Origin: Candidatus Latescibacterota bacterium
Lineage (GTDB): Bacteria; Latescibacterota; UBA2968; GCA-2709665
Assembly (NCBI GenBank): GCA_965222075.1
Contig: OZ244937.1
Location: 2,464,001 to 2,528,000, forward strand
Length of the DNA stretch: 64,000 bases
Direction of reading: 5' to 3'
Shown here: positions 32,660 through 47,798 of the stretch, piece after piece
How the letters are laid out: every line of letters begins with the position of its first letter
How positions within the stretch are numbered: the first letter of the stretch is position 1
The notes under the pieces: generated by a model
Told to the model about the DNA's origin: nothing
Databases searched by the model: none
Seen by the model: only the letters and a program-made list of their open reading frames with translations
Translations under genes and position numbers: made by a program

Positions 32660-34465
32660 TCAGCGCGTTACAAAAACCGGGTACCTGCTCAACTCGCCCT
32701 GAAGCGTTTTGGCGAGCAGACGGGCCTGGATTTCGAGTAATCGCCGATAACTGACACGATAGTCGAAGAGAGGATGCGTAACCAGCGTGTTCATCCGAGC
32801 CTCATACGCGCGGAAGAACCCTTTTCGACCTGCAACCGTCAACGCAACCGCGTTCCCCGAAGACACGAAGTCGCGCTCGGAGACCATCTTTGTGTTCACC
32901 GCGCTGAGCACGGCAGAGTCCACGATCAGGGGACGTAGCGGTTCCATCAGATCTAACGCCAGCGCCGGCCGGCCATGACGCGGCTGATGATAGAAACCGA
33001 TCATCGGATCAAAGCCAACAGCATAGCAGGCAACGGTCAGATCCTTCGTCAGGAGGCTATAGCCGAGCGACAACAGGGCATTGACGGGGTCGCGCGGCGG
33101 CCGGCGATTCCTGGCCTGAAAATTGAAGGAGAACGCCGGATCGCCGTCCCATTCTTCGTCGCGTTTCAACATGCCTCCGAACAACCCGAAATAGATGCGT
33201 GCCGCCCAGCCCTCAAAGCCCAACAGTTCTTCAAGCGACCCGGCCGTTTCCGCTTGACCTACGATCCACGTCAATTCACGCAACACCGCCCTGGACGGTT
33301 CGATGTGATTGCGCCGCAGCATCGTTCGTTGATTGCGAATCTTGCCTGCCACGAGTTGGCGGGCAAGGCGCAGGCAGTACCAGGGTTCGTCGGATAGACG
33401 GAACTGCGCCTGCCGCAAGAAGACGTTCTTCGTGTTGAGCCCGGACGTGACCCCGTAGAACCATCCCCCCTGGGAAAAGTAGCAGATAGGGATCTCCGCC
33501 GTACACAATGCCTGCACGGCCTGCGTGGTCATTTGAACACTGCCCATCAGGCTGACCTGGCAGATCTCGTTGATGCGCACTTCCTGAACCACCTTGTCAC
33601 GCTCTTTGACGCGGAGGACGCCGTTGCTCTTGCCCACGCGCAGTCTATGGGAATTCAAATACAGAGGCTTCTGGTCGGTGCGCGGCGCGACAAGGCGTCG
33701 GACCTCCTGGACCGCAGGTTTCAGGCTTTGTCGCGTGCCATGGAACAAGTCGAGCTGTTCCGCGCCTTCGGGCTCGATGTGAGCTTGCAGATGCCAGGTC
33801 TCATCCGGCATACAGATACCGACCAACGAGCAGCCGGGGCACTTGGGCGAGTCAATGAGTGGCGGCGGTATCTCGATCGCCGCGGCCGTCGTCCACGCCT
33901 CCGCGATGGCTCGCTCGGCTTCGGCGATCGTCTCGTCGTCGAAAGGCACACGCACCCGCTGTCGCGTCTTATGGTAGAAAATGACGCCTTCGTCACAGCA
34001 ATAGCCGTGGGCGCGCAACACGAGCGCCTGGACAGATAGTTGAACGCGGTCGTTGGGCCAGGCTTCCACACCGTGCTCACTGGCCATTGGACGGCCGTGT
34101 TTGTAATCGACCGGCGTGACCCGCCCCTCCGTGAATTCTGCCAAATCCAGCTTGGCGATGACGCGATGTTCTTCCGACGACAGCGTGATTGACCGCACGA
34201 CGACGGGCGCTTCCGATTCTTCACCTGTCTGCGTGCGGTGACGCACAGGCAGGTCGGGCCGGGGCGCCGCCTGTGCTTCCCGGTCGACGCGCTTGTGCTG
34301 GACCGCCCCCTCGGCGGTGTGCTCGTTGTGGACAAAGATACCTTCCACTTGTTCGAAGTAGAACAGCCGCGGGCAATAGACATACTCATTGATCATGCGC
34401 GCGGGGAGATAGTCGGGCAACGGCCGACGGGACGCGTGAAGTTCCTGAGCGGGGGGAGCGCTCAT
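32660..34465 (-). CDS. cas1: Cas4-Cas1 fusion
   Basis: YCPRL, KLD, PVDYK, KCPGCSLVGIC (Cas4); NQRTMLRRN, GFEG, RPPRDPVNALLS, DLMEPLRP (Cas1). Confidence 0.95.
   Translation of the reverse strand: MSAPPAQELHASRRPLPDYLPARMINEYVYCPRLFYFEQVEGIFVHNEHTAEGAVQHKRVDREAQAAPRPDLPVRHRTQTGEESEAPVVVRSITLSSEEHRVIAKLDLAEFTEGRVTPVDYKHGRPMASEHGVEAWPNDRVQLSVQALVLRAHGYCCDEGVIFYHKTRQRVRVPFDDETIAEAERAIAEAWTTAAAIEIPPPLIDSPKCPGCSLVGICMPDETWHLQAHIEPEGAEQLDLFHGTRQSLKPAVQEVRRLVAPRTDQKPLYLNSHRLRVGKSNGVLRVKERDKVVQEVRINEICQVSLMGSVQMTTQAVQALCTAEIPICYFSQGGWFYGVTSGLNTKNVFLRQAQFRLSDEPWYCLRLARQLVAGKIRNQRTMLRRNHIEPSRAVLRELTWIVGQAETAGSLEELLGFEGWAARIYFGLFGGMLKRDEEWDGDPAFSFNFQARNRRPPRDPVNALLSLGYSLLTKDLTVACYAVGFDPMIGFYHQPRHGRPALALDLMEPLRPLIVDSAVLSAVNTKMVSERDFVSSGNAVALTVAGRKGFFRAYEARMNTLVTHPLFDYRVSYRRLLEIQARLLAKTLQGELSRYPVFVTR
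34224..34253. mobile_element. 30-bp palindromic mini-insertion, in frame in cas4 domain
   Basis: CCTGTCTGCGTGCGGTGACGCACAGGCAGG; arms match the element in the CRISPR repeats. Confidence 0.8.
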
Positions 34466-34482
34466 ATTGACTCTCACCTCCA

Positions 34483-34779
<297 letters not shown>

Positions 34780-34875
34780 TCAGAAGGTTGATCTATGTTT
34801 CGGTGCTGTGCGCTGGAGCATTCGTGCGAGATAGAGAACTTGGACTGTTCAACACGCGCCGTAAACCCGTCGGGC

Positions 34876-34916
34876 TTACGGAATAACCTCAAAGCCCATC
34901 TGTCGGTAGACCTCAC
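34876..34916 (-). pseudogene. Remnant of VapC/PIN toxin
   Basis: GTG overlaps antitoxin stop (GTGA); YRQMGFEVIP* resembles PIN C-terminus (FxxxGF). Confidence 0.55.
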
Positions 34917-35164
34917 CGGTACAGCACTTCATCGTGCAGTGCGGCAACGTCCCCCGATTCGGATTTACCAACGGCTGGGGCCTGGTACAGCGAATCAGAT
35001 TCCAGTGGCGCGTTTCCGATCGGTGGACTGCCAACCGGGACGATGTCGAAAGCCGGACGACTGCGGTATAGAACGGTAAATCGCTCCCCGCGCCGCACTC
35101 TCTTAACGACATCCTGCAGGCGCTCTCGAAGCTGTTTGGCGCTGATCACCTCTGGCATAGTCAT
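34913..35164 (-). CDS. Phd/YefM-family antitoxin
   Basis: ISAKQLRERLQDVVKRVRRGERFTVLYRSRPAFDIVP; AAGGAG SD. Confidence 0.85.
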   Translation of the reverse strand: MTMPEVISAKQLRERLQDVVKRVRRGERFTVLYRSRPAFDIVPVGSPPIGNAPLESDSLYQAPAVGKSESGDVAALHDEVLYR

Positions 35165-35171
35165 GCTCCTT

Positions 35172-35213
35172 TCAAGTTTAACTCAAGATAATCTTTTCTC
35201 GAAAGCGATACAA
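35172..35213 (-). promoter_or_regulatory. Antitoxin promoter/operator (copy A)
   Basis: TTGTAT-N17-TATCTT followed by AGTT-N-AACT dyad. Confidence 0.7.
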
Positions 35214-35234
35214 GCACCCAAGCTCTACTGGACG

Positions 35235-36845
35235 TTAATCACGTGCGAACATTCCAAGGCCAAAATGGCAGGCATAGCCAAGAGCTAAGGGTCCCTTAAT
35301 TGGCTCGTTAAAACTCAGGCGCAGCAAGGCCCCTTGCGCGTCGGGTTGTTTCTCTCGCCCCCGCGAACGGAACCGGTGAAAATGGACTGGTCGGCGGGAA
35401 ACACCATGGACCTTGATGTTGCTCAAGATCTCGACTTGAACAGGCCCAGTACGCGAACTGGATGCGATCTCCCGGCGTTTCCAAAGCCGGTTTACCTCGC
35501 CCTCATAGCCAGCCTTTTTCAAATGACCAGCCGCCAAAAAGGGCGTTATGCTGACCCATTCATCGGAACAGCCAAATAGCCTTGATGTATCCGCAAAGTC
35601 CTCCGGGCGGCCAAAGCCCTCCAGGGCCAGCCGCCATTCCTGGCGGCCGCTCTCTTCATCTCCTTCTTCTCCACCGGAATCGTTTCTGCTGACCCACAAT
35701 CGGGTCAAGCGATCCAGCTTCTCGCGCACTGCGGCATCGAAACCTTCCTCTGCGTAAACCGATATGTGGTCAATCCAGCCATCGCCATCGGCGTCCTCGG
35801 GCAGCCAAAAAGCGTGAGAATGCCGACCGTCTCGCAAAGGTTTGTTGTCGGGACCGCGGCCCGAGATCACCGACGGCGCTTTGGGTCTCCTGTTCTTCCA
35901 ACCGAACTTGGAAAGCACGGCCAGCCGCATGAGTTCGCCGATCTTGACTGCGTCCTCAATGCGAGGTAGTGGACGGCCGGCCAGGAGATAGCGCGCTACG
36001 GTGAAACGATTGCGGCCAACGGCGTGGCGACGCGGACTAACATGTCGCGGAACGGGCGACAGCGGCGGACGAATGTAAACGATCTCGCGTGCGGCCGGCG
36101 GCCGATTCCAGCGGTACTTCTGGTAATCGGCCGTATCAAGCGTCAAGGCGTCGGACAAGCGTTCCGGCAAGGTCGGCCCAAACGCCTCGTTGTGCGCCCT
36201 TTCAAGTGCTTTGGGCGTGGGGAGTCTCTTGCCGGAAGCAGCGGCGCGGGAACGCTCTGCATCGTCGGCTTCCTCTAACAGGCGCGTGCGTTCTACGGCA
36301 TAGTCCCTGGCACTGCGCGGCACGAGCAACCGCACCGCTTCCCCGTCAGTGGCCCCATTTTGGCCGACCAGGCGGCAGTTTGTCTCTCCCCCCCAGTCGA
36401 TTGTCGCTTCGCAGTCAACCCAACTCTCGGCACGGCCCAAGTAGCCGATCCCTTCGGCGAGGTCGGCCGCCAAGTCAAAAAGATTTGCGTCCAATTCGAG
36501 TTCCGGCCAAACCGCTACGATCTTCTCGCCTTTGGGAAGGTGTGCGAAGGCGTCGAAGACGAGCGTCGTCTTCACCGGCGCGGGCATGTAGTGCCGGGTA
36601 TGCGCATGGATCGCGCCTTCGGGCAGGTGGTAGATCGGCACATCCTCGGCGAGCGCGTCCATTAGCCGGGCGAGCGCGTCCTCGGACCAGCGCACCCTGT
36701 CTCCCTTACGCCAATAGCTGGCGACGAGCGCCCGGAGAATGCGCCACGGCTCCGGCGGCCAAGCGACATCGGCTTCGTTGACATGGCGTCCCCACGGGGT
36801 GGCGTGATAGCGGCCCGTGGGGAAGCTGAAAGTAAGCGCGAACAT
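35235..36845 (-). CDS. csb2: Type I-G Csb2 (Cas5/Cas6 fusion)
   Basis: GRYHATPWG..VNE..WPPEPWRILRAL, YLGRAESW, GPLALGYACHFGLG. Confidence 0.92.
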   Translation of the reverse strand: MFALTFSFPTGRYHATPWGRHVNEADVAWPPEPWRILRALVASYWRKGDRVRWSEDALARLMDALAEDVPIYHLPEGAIHAHTRHYMPAPVKTTLVFDAFAHLPKGEKIVAVWPELELDANLFDLAADLAEGIGYLGRAESWVDCEATIDWGGETNCRLVGQNGATDGEAVRLLVPRSARDYAVERTRLLEEADDAERSRAAASGKRLPTPKALERAHNEAFGPTLPERLSDALTLDTADYQKYRWNRPPAAREIVYIRPPLSPVPRHVSPRRHAVGRNRFTVARYLLAGRPLPRIEDAVKIGELMRLAVLSKFGWKNRRPKAPSVISGRGPDNKPLRDGRHSHAFWLPEDADGDGWIDHISVYAEEGFDAAVREKLDRLTRLWVSRNDSGGEEGDEESGRQEWRLALEGFGRPEDFADTSRLFGCSDEWVSITPFLAAGHLKKAGYEGEVNRLWKRREIASSSRTGPVQVEILSNIKVHGVSRRPVHFHRFRSRGREKQPDAQGALLRLSFNEPIKGPLALGYACHFGLGMFARD

Positions 36846-36852
36846 TCAAGAC

Positions 36853-40118
<3,266 letters not shown>

Positions 40119-40129
<11 letters not shown>

Positions 40130-42551
40130 ATCCACCATCCAGTTCTTCTTTTGCTGATGCCCGCCAGTCCGCAATACGCACCAGTGCCTCCAGCAAAGCA
40201 AGCCGGAAAGGGCCGTACTGGGAAAGCAAGTGGCGCGTACGCTCGGTCCAACTCGCGCCTGTTTCCGGATGCTCCCCCAACTCCATCACGGATAGTGCGA
40301 GCGGCCCGCCGGACCAGGTTTCCCCATCGCCCAAGTCAACCGGCGGTACCTCATCACCCTCCCACACACCGCGTGCAAAACGGCGGCTACCATCTTCCAT
40401 TGCCGGCCTTTCGGCCGGAAGCGGACGCAAGTTCAGACGCACCTTGCCGTGATGGGCGGCGATCAGGTACGCAACCAGATCCGCCTCACGCACCCAGTCC
40501 GCTTGTGAGAGGATCGCGAGCGCAGACGCCAGCTCGTGCCGGAAATACGCACGTCCTTTCGTCCGGTCGTATTTCGGAGCCTTGGCTAACAACCCCTTCG
40601 GTCTTGAATCGGCCTCCAGATTACTCGCAACCATCCGTGCCTGAAATTCAGGGTGTGCCTTGCCGAGGTCGTGCCAGTACGCTGCCCGCACAATCGCTGC
40701 TTTCCAAGCTTCACAAACGCCGAGGCCATCGCACAGGTGACCAGCTTCAAAAGCCACGTGATCCAGATGGTCCGTCAGGCCCACGAACCCTCCCTGCTCG
40801 CTGTCAGAATCGGCGTCGTTCGACTCGTCTGCTGCCTGTGAGGGCAACTTCGCCGACTCCACGGGCTCGACTGCTGCTTTAATTGTCTGATCGAATCCCG
40901 TTTCCGGCGCGTACCCTCCGGCATTCGCATGAACCAACAATACCAAGCCCGGCCAAGGTGCCTCGCTGAACTCGGTCCAAGCAGGGACCCTGCCCTTACT
41001 TTCAGCTCGTGCCTGCGGGTCTATACGAAACACCCGCTGTCCTTCCTTTTTTCTTACATTCTCAAGCCAATTGCGCGCGCGCCCAATCGGAACCGCACAA
41101 AGCTCGTCCCGCATCGGCGCGGGCTGATCCTCCAGTCCAGTCGAAACGTCGAAATTGCGCCAGAAAACGCGAATATCGGTATCCTCGGCATCGCGGATGT
41201 AGGGAGCGACATCGACATCAAAACCGGTCAAATCTGGATCGGTGTCGTATAGGTCCAGCATATCCCTAGATCGCATCACCCACTGATGGGCGCAATCGTC
41301 GACTGCCGGCGGCACGAGATTGGACGGCCGGGCGTCCGTCAACACAGCAATCCGCTCGCGCCCGATTTTGAGCTCGTCAATCTCATAAGGAGCGGCCAGC
41401 GAATCATCGAGATCGCCACCGCTGAGATCAATCCAGCGGATCCTCCCGCCGCCGGAATCGTTCAATTCTCCGTAGCGGTTCACCCGACCAAACCGCTGGA
41501 CGAGGGACGAGGCGGGCGCGAGTTCGGTGAGCATGACCGCCGCCGAAAGATCGACACCCGCTTCAATCGCCTGCGTCGCAACGACAATCAAGTCTTTCAC
41601 TTCCCCAGGCTCCGGCAGCTTGTCCATCTGCGCTTTGCGGTCTTTGGGCCGAAAGCGCGAGTGAATGAGGGCGAGGCGGGTGGGCGGAATATCCTTTTTC
41701 TGGAGTTCCTTATGCACAGCTTGAGCGCGGGCGACGGTATTGACCACCACGAGCGTCGTGCGGTTCCCTTGGTGCAGATGCAGAGTTTCCTCCGCCAACG
41801 CCGTGGCGTAGGCATCCAGATCGTCTTTCTTGTCGCTCACAGGTGCGACGGGTGTCTGTTGAATCGGCTTGGGCGCGTCAATCAGCTTGCGGACATGCGG
41901 CGATTGCGCGTCTTCGGGGAAATCGTCTGGAACGCGCCAAACTGTCGGACTTTGCTGGAAATCAACCGTGCATAGCCAGTCTGGATGAAGGGTCGCCGAC
42001 ACCCAGAGACTGCGCGAGGCAATCTCCGTCCCCAATTTGCGGCGAAAGCCTTCAAGTTGTGTGGAGGTCGCCAGTCCCGAGCCCATGAGTTGCACCTCGT
42101 CAAAGACCCACTGCGCGTCGTTGTGCAGCAACGCGAAGTCCACCGGCCAGCGGAAGCGGCTCATGGCGTACCCCCGCATCAGGGCGCGACTGAGCAGCAT
42201 GTCTTGTGTCCCAATCAGGATGGCCGGATGCTCGGGGTTTTCAAACCAGCGCGGTTCGTCAATGCCCCCCATCAGGACATGGACTCCGGTTTCGGGATCC
42301 GGCAGGCGCGATTTCCAGTGCATATCTGCTTCGCCCAGCCGTCGCAGCCATTCTCTGACATTCCGCTCCGTCTGGTCAACGAGTGTGCGCATCGGCAGGC
42401 AATAGACGAGGCGACGTGGATCGTATGGCGTCAACATCCGGTAAGTGGCCGAGGCGCCCATTATCCGTTTGAGTTTGGCCATCGAAGGAGTGAGTCCAGT
42501 GTTCTCGCCATCACTCTCCAAAGGCTGCTTCGTGTCGTTGTCGGAGTTCAC
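40119..42551 (-). CDS. cas3: Type I-G Cas3 (SF2 helicase + C-terminal HD nuclease) lacking Walker A
   Basis: GTG after AGGAG; RRLVYCLPMRTLV, DEVQ, SAT, QRFGRVNR; HD motifs HDLGK, RHE, HHG, ADW; no GKT in protein. Confidence 0.9.
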
Positions 42552-42584
42552 GCAATTGCTCCTGTGAGGGTTCGACCCGGTTCC

Positions 42585-42933
42585 CGACGCCAACATGAAC
42601 GCGTCCACGGGAATGAGCCGCTCATTCACGGGGTCAATGCCCAAGCTGAATATCTCCAAAGTGACAGCGCCAAGCAGCGGTTGCACGCAGAACACAACAG
42701 GCGAAATGTCCTCGCGGCCGCAGTCGCATCCAGGTCCTTCCAAAGCCTCGCTCAACGCGGCTGCCATCGGCGAGGACGAACCTCCGGACACTGTGCGGAA
42801 CCACGCCCAAGCGCTCGAGGATCGAAGCCGGAAGGACTGTGCAGGTCGCCCCGGAGTCCACCATGGCTTCGACGGTTTCGTAATGGCGGCCTTCCGGATC
42901 AGCCACCTCGAGCGGCACAATAAACGTACGCAT
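42585..42933 (-). pseudogene. Clan AA (retropepsin-like) aspartic protease, frameshifted
   Basis: AMVDSGAT active site, FVLADG; C-half PLLGAVTLE..LGIDPVNERL in another frame (shift near 42720). Confidence 0.75.
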
Positions 42934-43011
42934 GGTCTTTACGCCCTCCTCAGGGATGGTCGACGTAATGGACTTCGACGCCTGCCCCCGCTTCGTGCGC
43001 CTCCCGAACAC

Positions 43012-44559
43012 TCAAGCCCGCTCTACCTCGAACGCCGTCAGGTTGCGCGCGTCCTTGCTGAACTCCACGGCGACCAGGTAAATCGGCTGGCCCAGGCCTC
43101 GATACTTGTCGGCGTAGCGCTTCTCTTTCAACTGGGCCAGCGCCGCGCCCTCCGGCGTCATTTCCACTACCTTGAACTCGAAGAGGTAGACGTTGTCGTT
43201 GAAGCGAACCGCCATGTCTACGCGGCCGTGGCTGCTGCTGTCCTCCACCGTGATGTCCAGCCCCAGCGCCGCAAAATAGGAGTAGAACACGCTGGCGTAA
43301 TAGCCCTCGTAGCGGGCGATGTCGTTGTTCGTGTACCACTCGTAGGGTATGCTGGCAAAGAAGGCGTGGAATAACGTCTCAAGGCCGGCGAAGTCGTTGG
43401 CCTCCAGCAGCCGGTAGAGCCGGACGCTGTTCGCCATCTGCCGCGATGGGTCCTTCACCAGGTAGCGCAACAGACTCCGGTTCAGGCTCTGCCACACTTC
43501 CCGATTGGGATAGCCGAGGCGATAGACAGGCTCGCCGCCGAGGTCCTCCTCGTCGGTTATCGTGAGGTAGCCGGTCTGGAACAGCAGCGCCTCCGTCGCC
43601 ATATCGTCCACGTCAAAGGTGGACAGCAGATCCCCGCTGCCGACCATGTCATCCAGAGCAAGGGCACTTACCCGGCGCTTGCACAGCGTTTCGACCAGGA
43701 ACGCCGGCGTGCCCGTCTCGAACCACCAGGCACCGAACCTGCGCTTGTCGAAGAGCAGCAGGATGTCGAAGGGGTTGTACATCTTCTCGTCGCCCAGCCA
43801 GCTGTAGCCGTTGTACCAGTCGCGGATCTCGTCCCGGTCGAGGCCGGGGAGCTCCGGCGCGAACACCGTGTCGAGGTCCGCCTCGGTGTAGCCGCAGATA
43901 GCGGAATAGCGCGGGTCGAGGGTGATGTCGATGAGGTTGTTGAGGCCGGAGAACAGGCTGACCTTGGAGAACTTGCTCACTCCGGTAATAAAGGTGAAAC
44001 GGATGTGGGCATCGCTGTCCTTGATCGTCGCATAGAAGCCGCGCAGAAAGTCGCGGTTGGCGCGGGCGACCTCCGGCGTATCCAGTGCGTCCAGGATCGG
44101 CTTGTCGTATTCGTCAATCAACACCACAACGCGCTGACCAACACGCTCGTGCAGCGCCTTGATCAAGTGGCGGAAGCGGGCCGGCGTGGTGTTGTAGCGA
44201 GCAGGGACCGCCGTTTCGTCCCCCAGGGCCTCCAACCGGTCCATCACTTCCGCGCGCAGATCGTCCGGGCGCTGGAAGTTGCCGCTGCCGAAGCTGAGAC
44301 GCAGGACGGGGTGGCGCACCGACCAGTCCCAGTGATCGTGGATGTCCAGCCCCTCGAACAGCGGCTTGTTGCCCTCGAACAGCTCCTTGCACGTGTCCAG
44401 GAACAGGCTCTTGCCGAAGCGCCGCGGGCGCGACAGGAAGTAGTGCTTGCCCTCGTCAAGCAGCCTGCGGATGTAGGCCGTCTTGTCGACATAGTAGCAG
44501 TCCTCCTCGCGGAGCTCGCCGAAGGTCTGCATACCGATGGGTAGTCTGCGTCTGGGCAT
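43012..44559 (-). CDS. AAA-ATPase-like + PD-(D/E)XK nuclease domain protein
   Basis: LPIGMQTF, YYVDKT, SRPRRFGKSL, LIDEYDKP, WYNGY, GRVD..LFEFK..QLKEKRY. Confidence 0.9.
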   Translation of the reverse strand: MPRRRLPIGMQTFGELREEDCYYVDKTAYIRRLLDEGKHYFLSRPRRFGKSLFLDTCKELFEGNKPLFEGLDIHDHWDWSVRHPVLRLSFGSGNFQRPDDLRAEVMDRLEALGDETAVPARYNTTPARFRHLIKALHERVGQRVVVLIDEYDKPILDALDTPEVARANRDFLRGFYATIKDSDAHIRFTFITGVSKFSKVSLFSGLNNLIDITLDPRYSAICGYTEADLDTVFAPELPGLDRDEIRDWYNGYSWLGDEKMYNPFDILLLFDKRRFGAWWFETGTPAFLVETLCKRRVSALALDDMVGSGDLLSTFDVDDMATEALLFQTGYLTITDEEDLGGEPVYRLGYPNREVWQSLNRSLLRYLVKDPSRQMANSVRLYRLLEANDFAGLETLFHAFFASIPYEWYTNNDIARYEGYYASVFYSYFAALGLDITVEDSSSHGRVDMAVRFNDNVYLFEFKVVEMTPEGAALAQLKEKRYADKYRGLGQPIYLVAVEFSKDARNLTAFEVERA

Positions 44560-44673
44560 GGGCACGTTACTCCAGGCACCGGGCGATGTAATCCTTAACC
44601 AGTTCCGTTTGGGCTGCACTGCGAACGGAGCCCGTTTTCCGTACTTGACGAATCCGGAATCGCAGCACCTTTC

Positions 44674-44715
44674 TCAAGTTTAACTTAAGATAAACTTTTC
44701 TCGGAACCGGGGCAA
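44674..44715 (-). promoter_or_regulatory. Promoter/operator copy B at head of cas interference module
   Basis: TTGCCC-N17-TATCTT plus AAGTT-N-AACTT dyad; 28/30 identical to 35172-35201. Confidence 0.7.
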
Positions 44716-44757
44716 GACCGTCCGGCTGCGGTCGGAACATTTCCATAAAGGCCATAA

Positions 44758-44798
44758 GCAACAAACGGGGCGCTCTTAAACAGAGCGCCCCGTTTGTT
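44758..44798. terminator. groEL terminator, right edge of island 2
   Basis: ACAAACGGGGCGCTC/GAGCGCCCCGTTTGT hairpin. Confidence 0.85.
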
Positions 44799-44814
44799 AT
44801 TCGGCTTGTGTTGC

Positions 44815-46449
<1,635 letters not shown>

Positions 46450-46472
46450 TTATAAAAGTCACAAAGCCCCGG

Positions 46473-46769
46473 TTAGCTTTCGATAATCGCCAGAATGTCG
46501 CCTTCCGACATAATCAGGTGCTCCTCATCGTCTAATTGTACCTCGGTACCGCCGTACTTTCCGTACAGCACCAGATCCCCGGGCTTGACCGAAAGGGCGA
46601 TCCTTTTGCCCGAATCGTCGACCTTACCCTCGCCCACGGCCACGACTTTGCCCCGCTGCGGCTTCTCCTTGGCCGTATCGGGAATGATAATGCCGCCCTT
46701 GACCTGCTCTTCCTCCTCTTCAGGCTTAACCAAGACACGGTCGCCCAGTGGTTTAACATTTACTGCCAT
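46473..46769 (-). CDS. groS: Co-chaperonin GroES
   Basis: [22 protein letters not shown]. Confidence 0.98.
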   Translation of the reverse strand: MAVNVKPLGDRVLVKPEEEEEQVKGGIIIPDTAKEKPQRGKVVAVGEGKVDDSGKRIALSVKPGDLVLYGKYGGTEVQLDDEEHLIMSEGDILAIIES

Positions 46770-46840
46770 GTCCCTATCCTCCTTTAGATACGGGAAGTTG
46801 GGTTAACATCAACCGAATGATAACATGTTGCCACAGTTTG

Positions 46841-46867
46841 TTAGCACTCTCTATTGTTGAGTGCTAA
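46841..46867. promoter_or_regulatory. CIRCE element (HrcA operator)
   Basis: Perfect TTAGCACTC-N9-GAGTGCTAA upstream of groES. Confidence 0.95.
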
Positions 46868-47013
46868 CACATGAACAATATATAAAAGCACCCTCTGTTT
46901 GGCAAGAGAAATCTACCTTTTTTGCAGGCGCAAACGCCCTTTGCTTCCAAAAAAATGAGGGCCTGTCTCGTCGCTTCAAGACAGACCCGTATACTCCCGC
47001 AGCCCCCAATTTC

Positions 47014-47475
47014 CTACTTCTTTTCGTAGAGACGCTGGAACGTGTGCAGCAGATCGTGAAGTTTCTTCACATTTGTCAGATCGGTGGTCTGCTTGCACTT
47101 CATCGCGGTGACGATCATCTGGTGCAGCAAGACCAGCTTCTGCGTGTAGTCCGCATAGGCCGCCTGATCCTCCGTGGATGGAGCCTTGACCCGCTGTGCC
47201 AGAAAGTACTGAGCCACGACCTCACGGATATGATTGGCGTGGCTTTCCTTGTTATTCACCCAGCGCACCAGCTGGTTCATATTCGTCTGGGAGTCAGCCG
47301 AAAGCGCAACGATCATCTTCATAGACTTCTCAATCGTCGTGAGGTCTTCGGTAATCGCAGCAAAACGCACATCGTCGCCGTATATTCCACAGGGGATCTC
47401 ACAGTGGGCAAACAGGGGCGCGTGAAGCGACAGGACAAACGCCGGTAACAGGACAGCAACGATCAGACGTCTCAT
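47014..47475 (-). CDS. sodN: Nickel superoxide dismutase precursor
   Basis: Ni-hook HCEIPCGIY after hydrophobic leader. Confidence 0.9.
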   Translation of the reverse strand: MRRLIVAVLLPAFVLSLHAPLFAHCEIPCGIYGDDVRFAAITEDLTTIEKSMKMIVALSADSQTNMNQLVRWVNNKESHANHIREVVAQYFLAQRVKAPSTEDQAAYADYTQKLVLLHQMIVTAMKCKQTTDLTNVKKLHDLLHTFQRLYEKK

Positions 47476-47798
47476 AGCAACCTCCTCAAAATGAGATGAG
47501 CACCAATATATCGTGAGCATCGAAAACACTCACGAATCTTAACCTCGCCGCTGAAATCAGAATCTCATGAGGGTGCAAATCGAACCCTTTCTCCGCCATC
47601 ACCTCCTTAATATGGCGCCAAAGCGGTCTGCTGCAACTGTTAATAGCTCGCTACCCTGGCCTTTTACATTGATTTTTCTCACCGTTTCTTTATATTTCAA
47701 ATGGTCCCGGTCCTGCCGTTTTAAGGTAAGGAAATTTCGCCCCCCAATCAAGCAAAGAGCGAATAGAATCGAACGTCCAGGAATACGACCTCCCCCCT

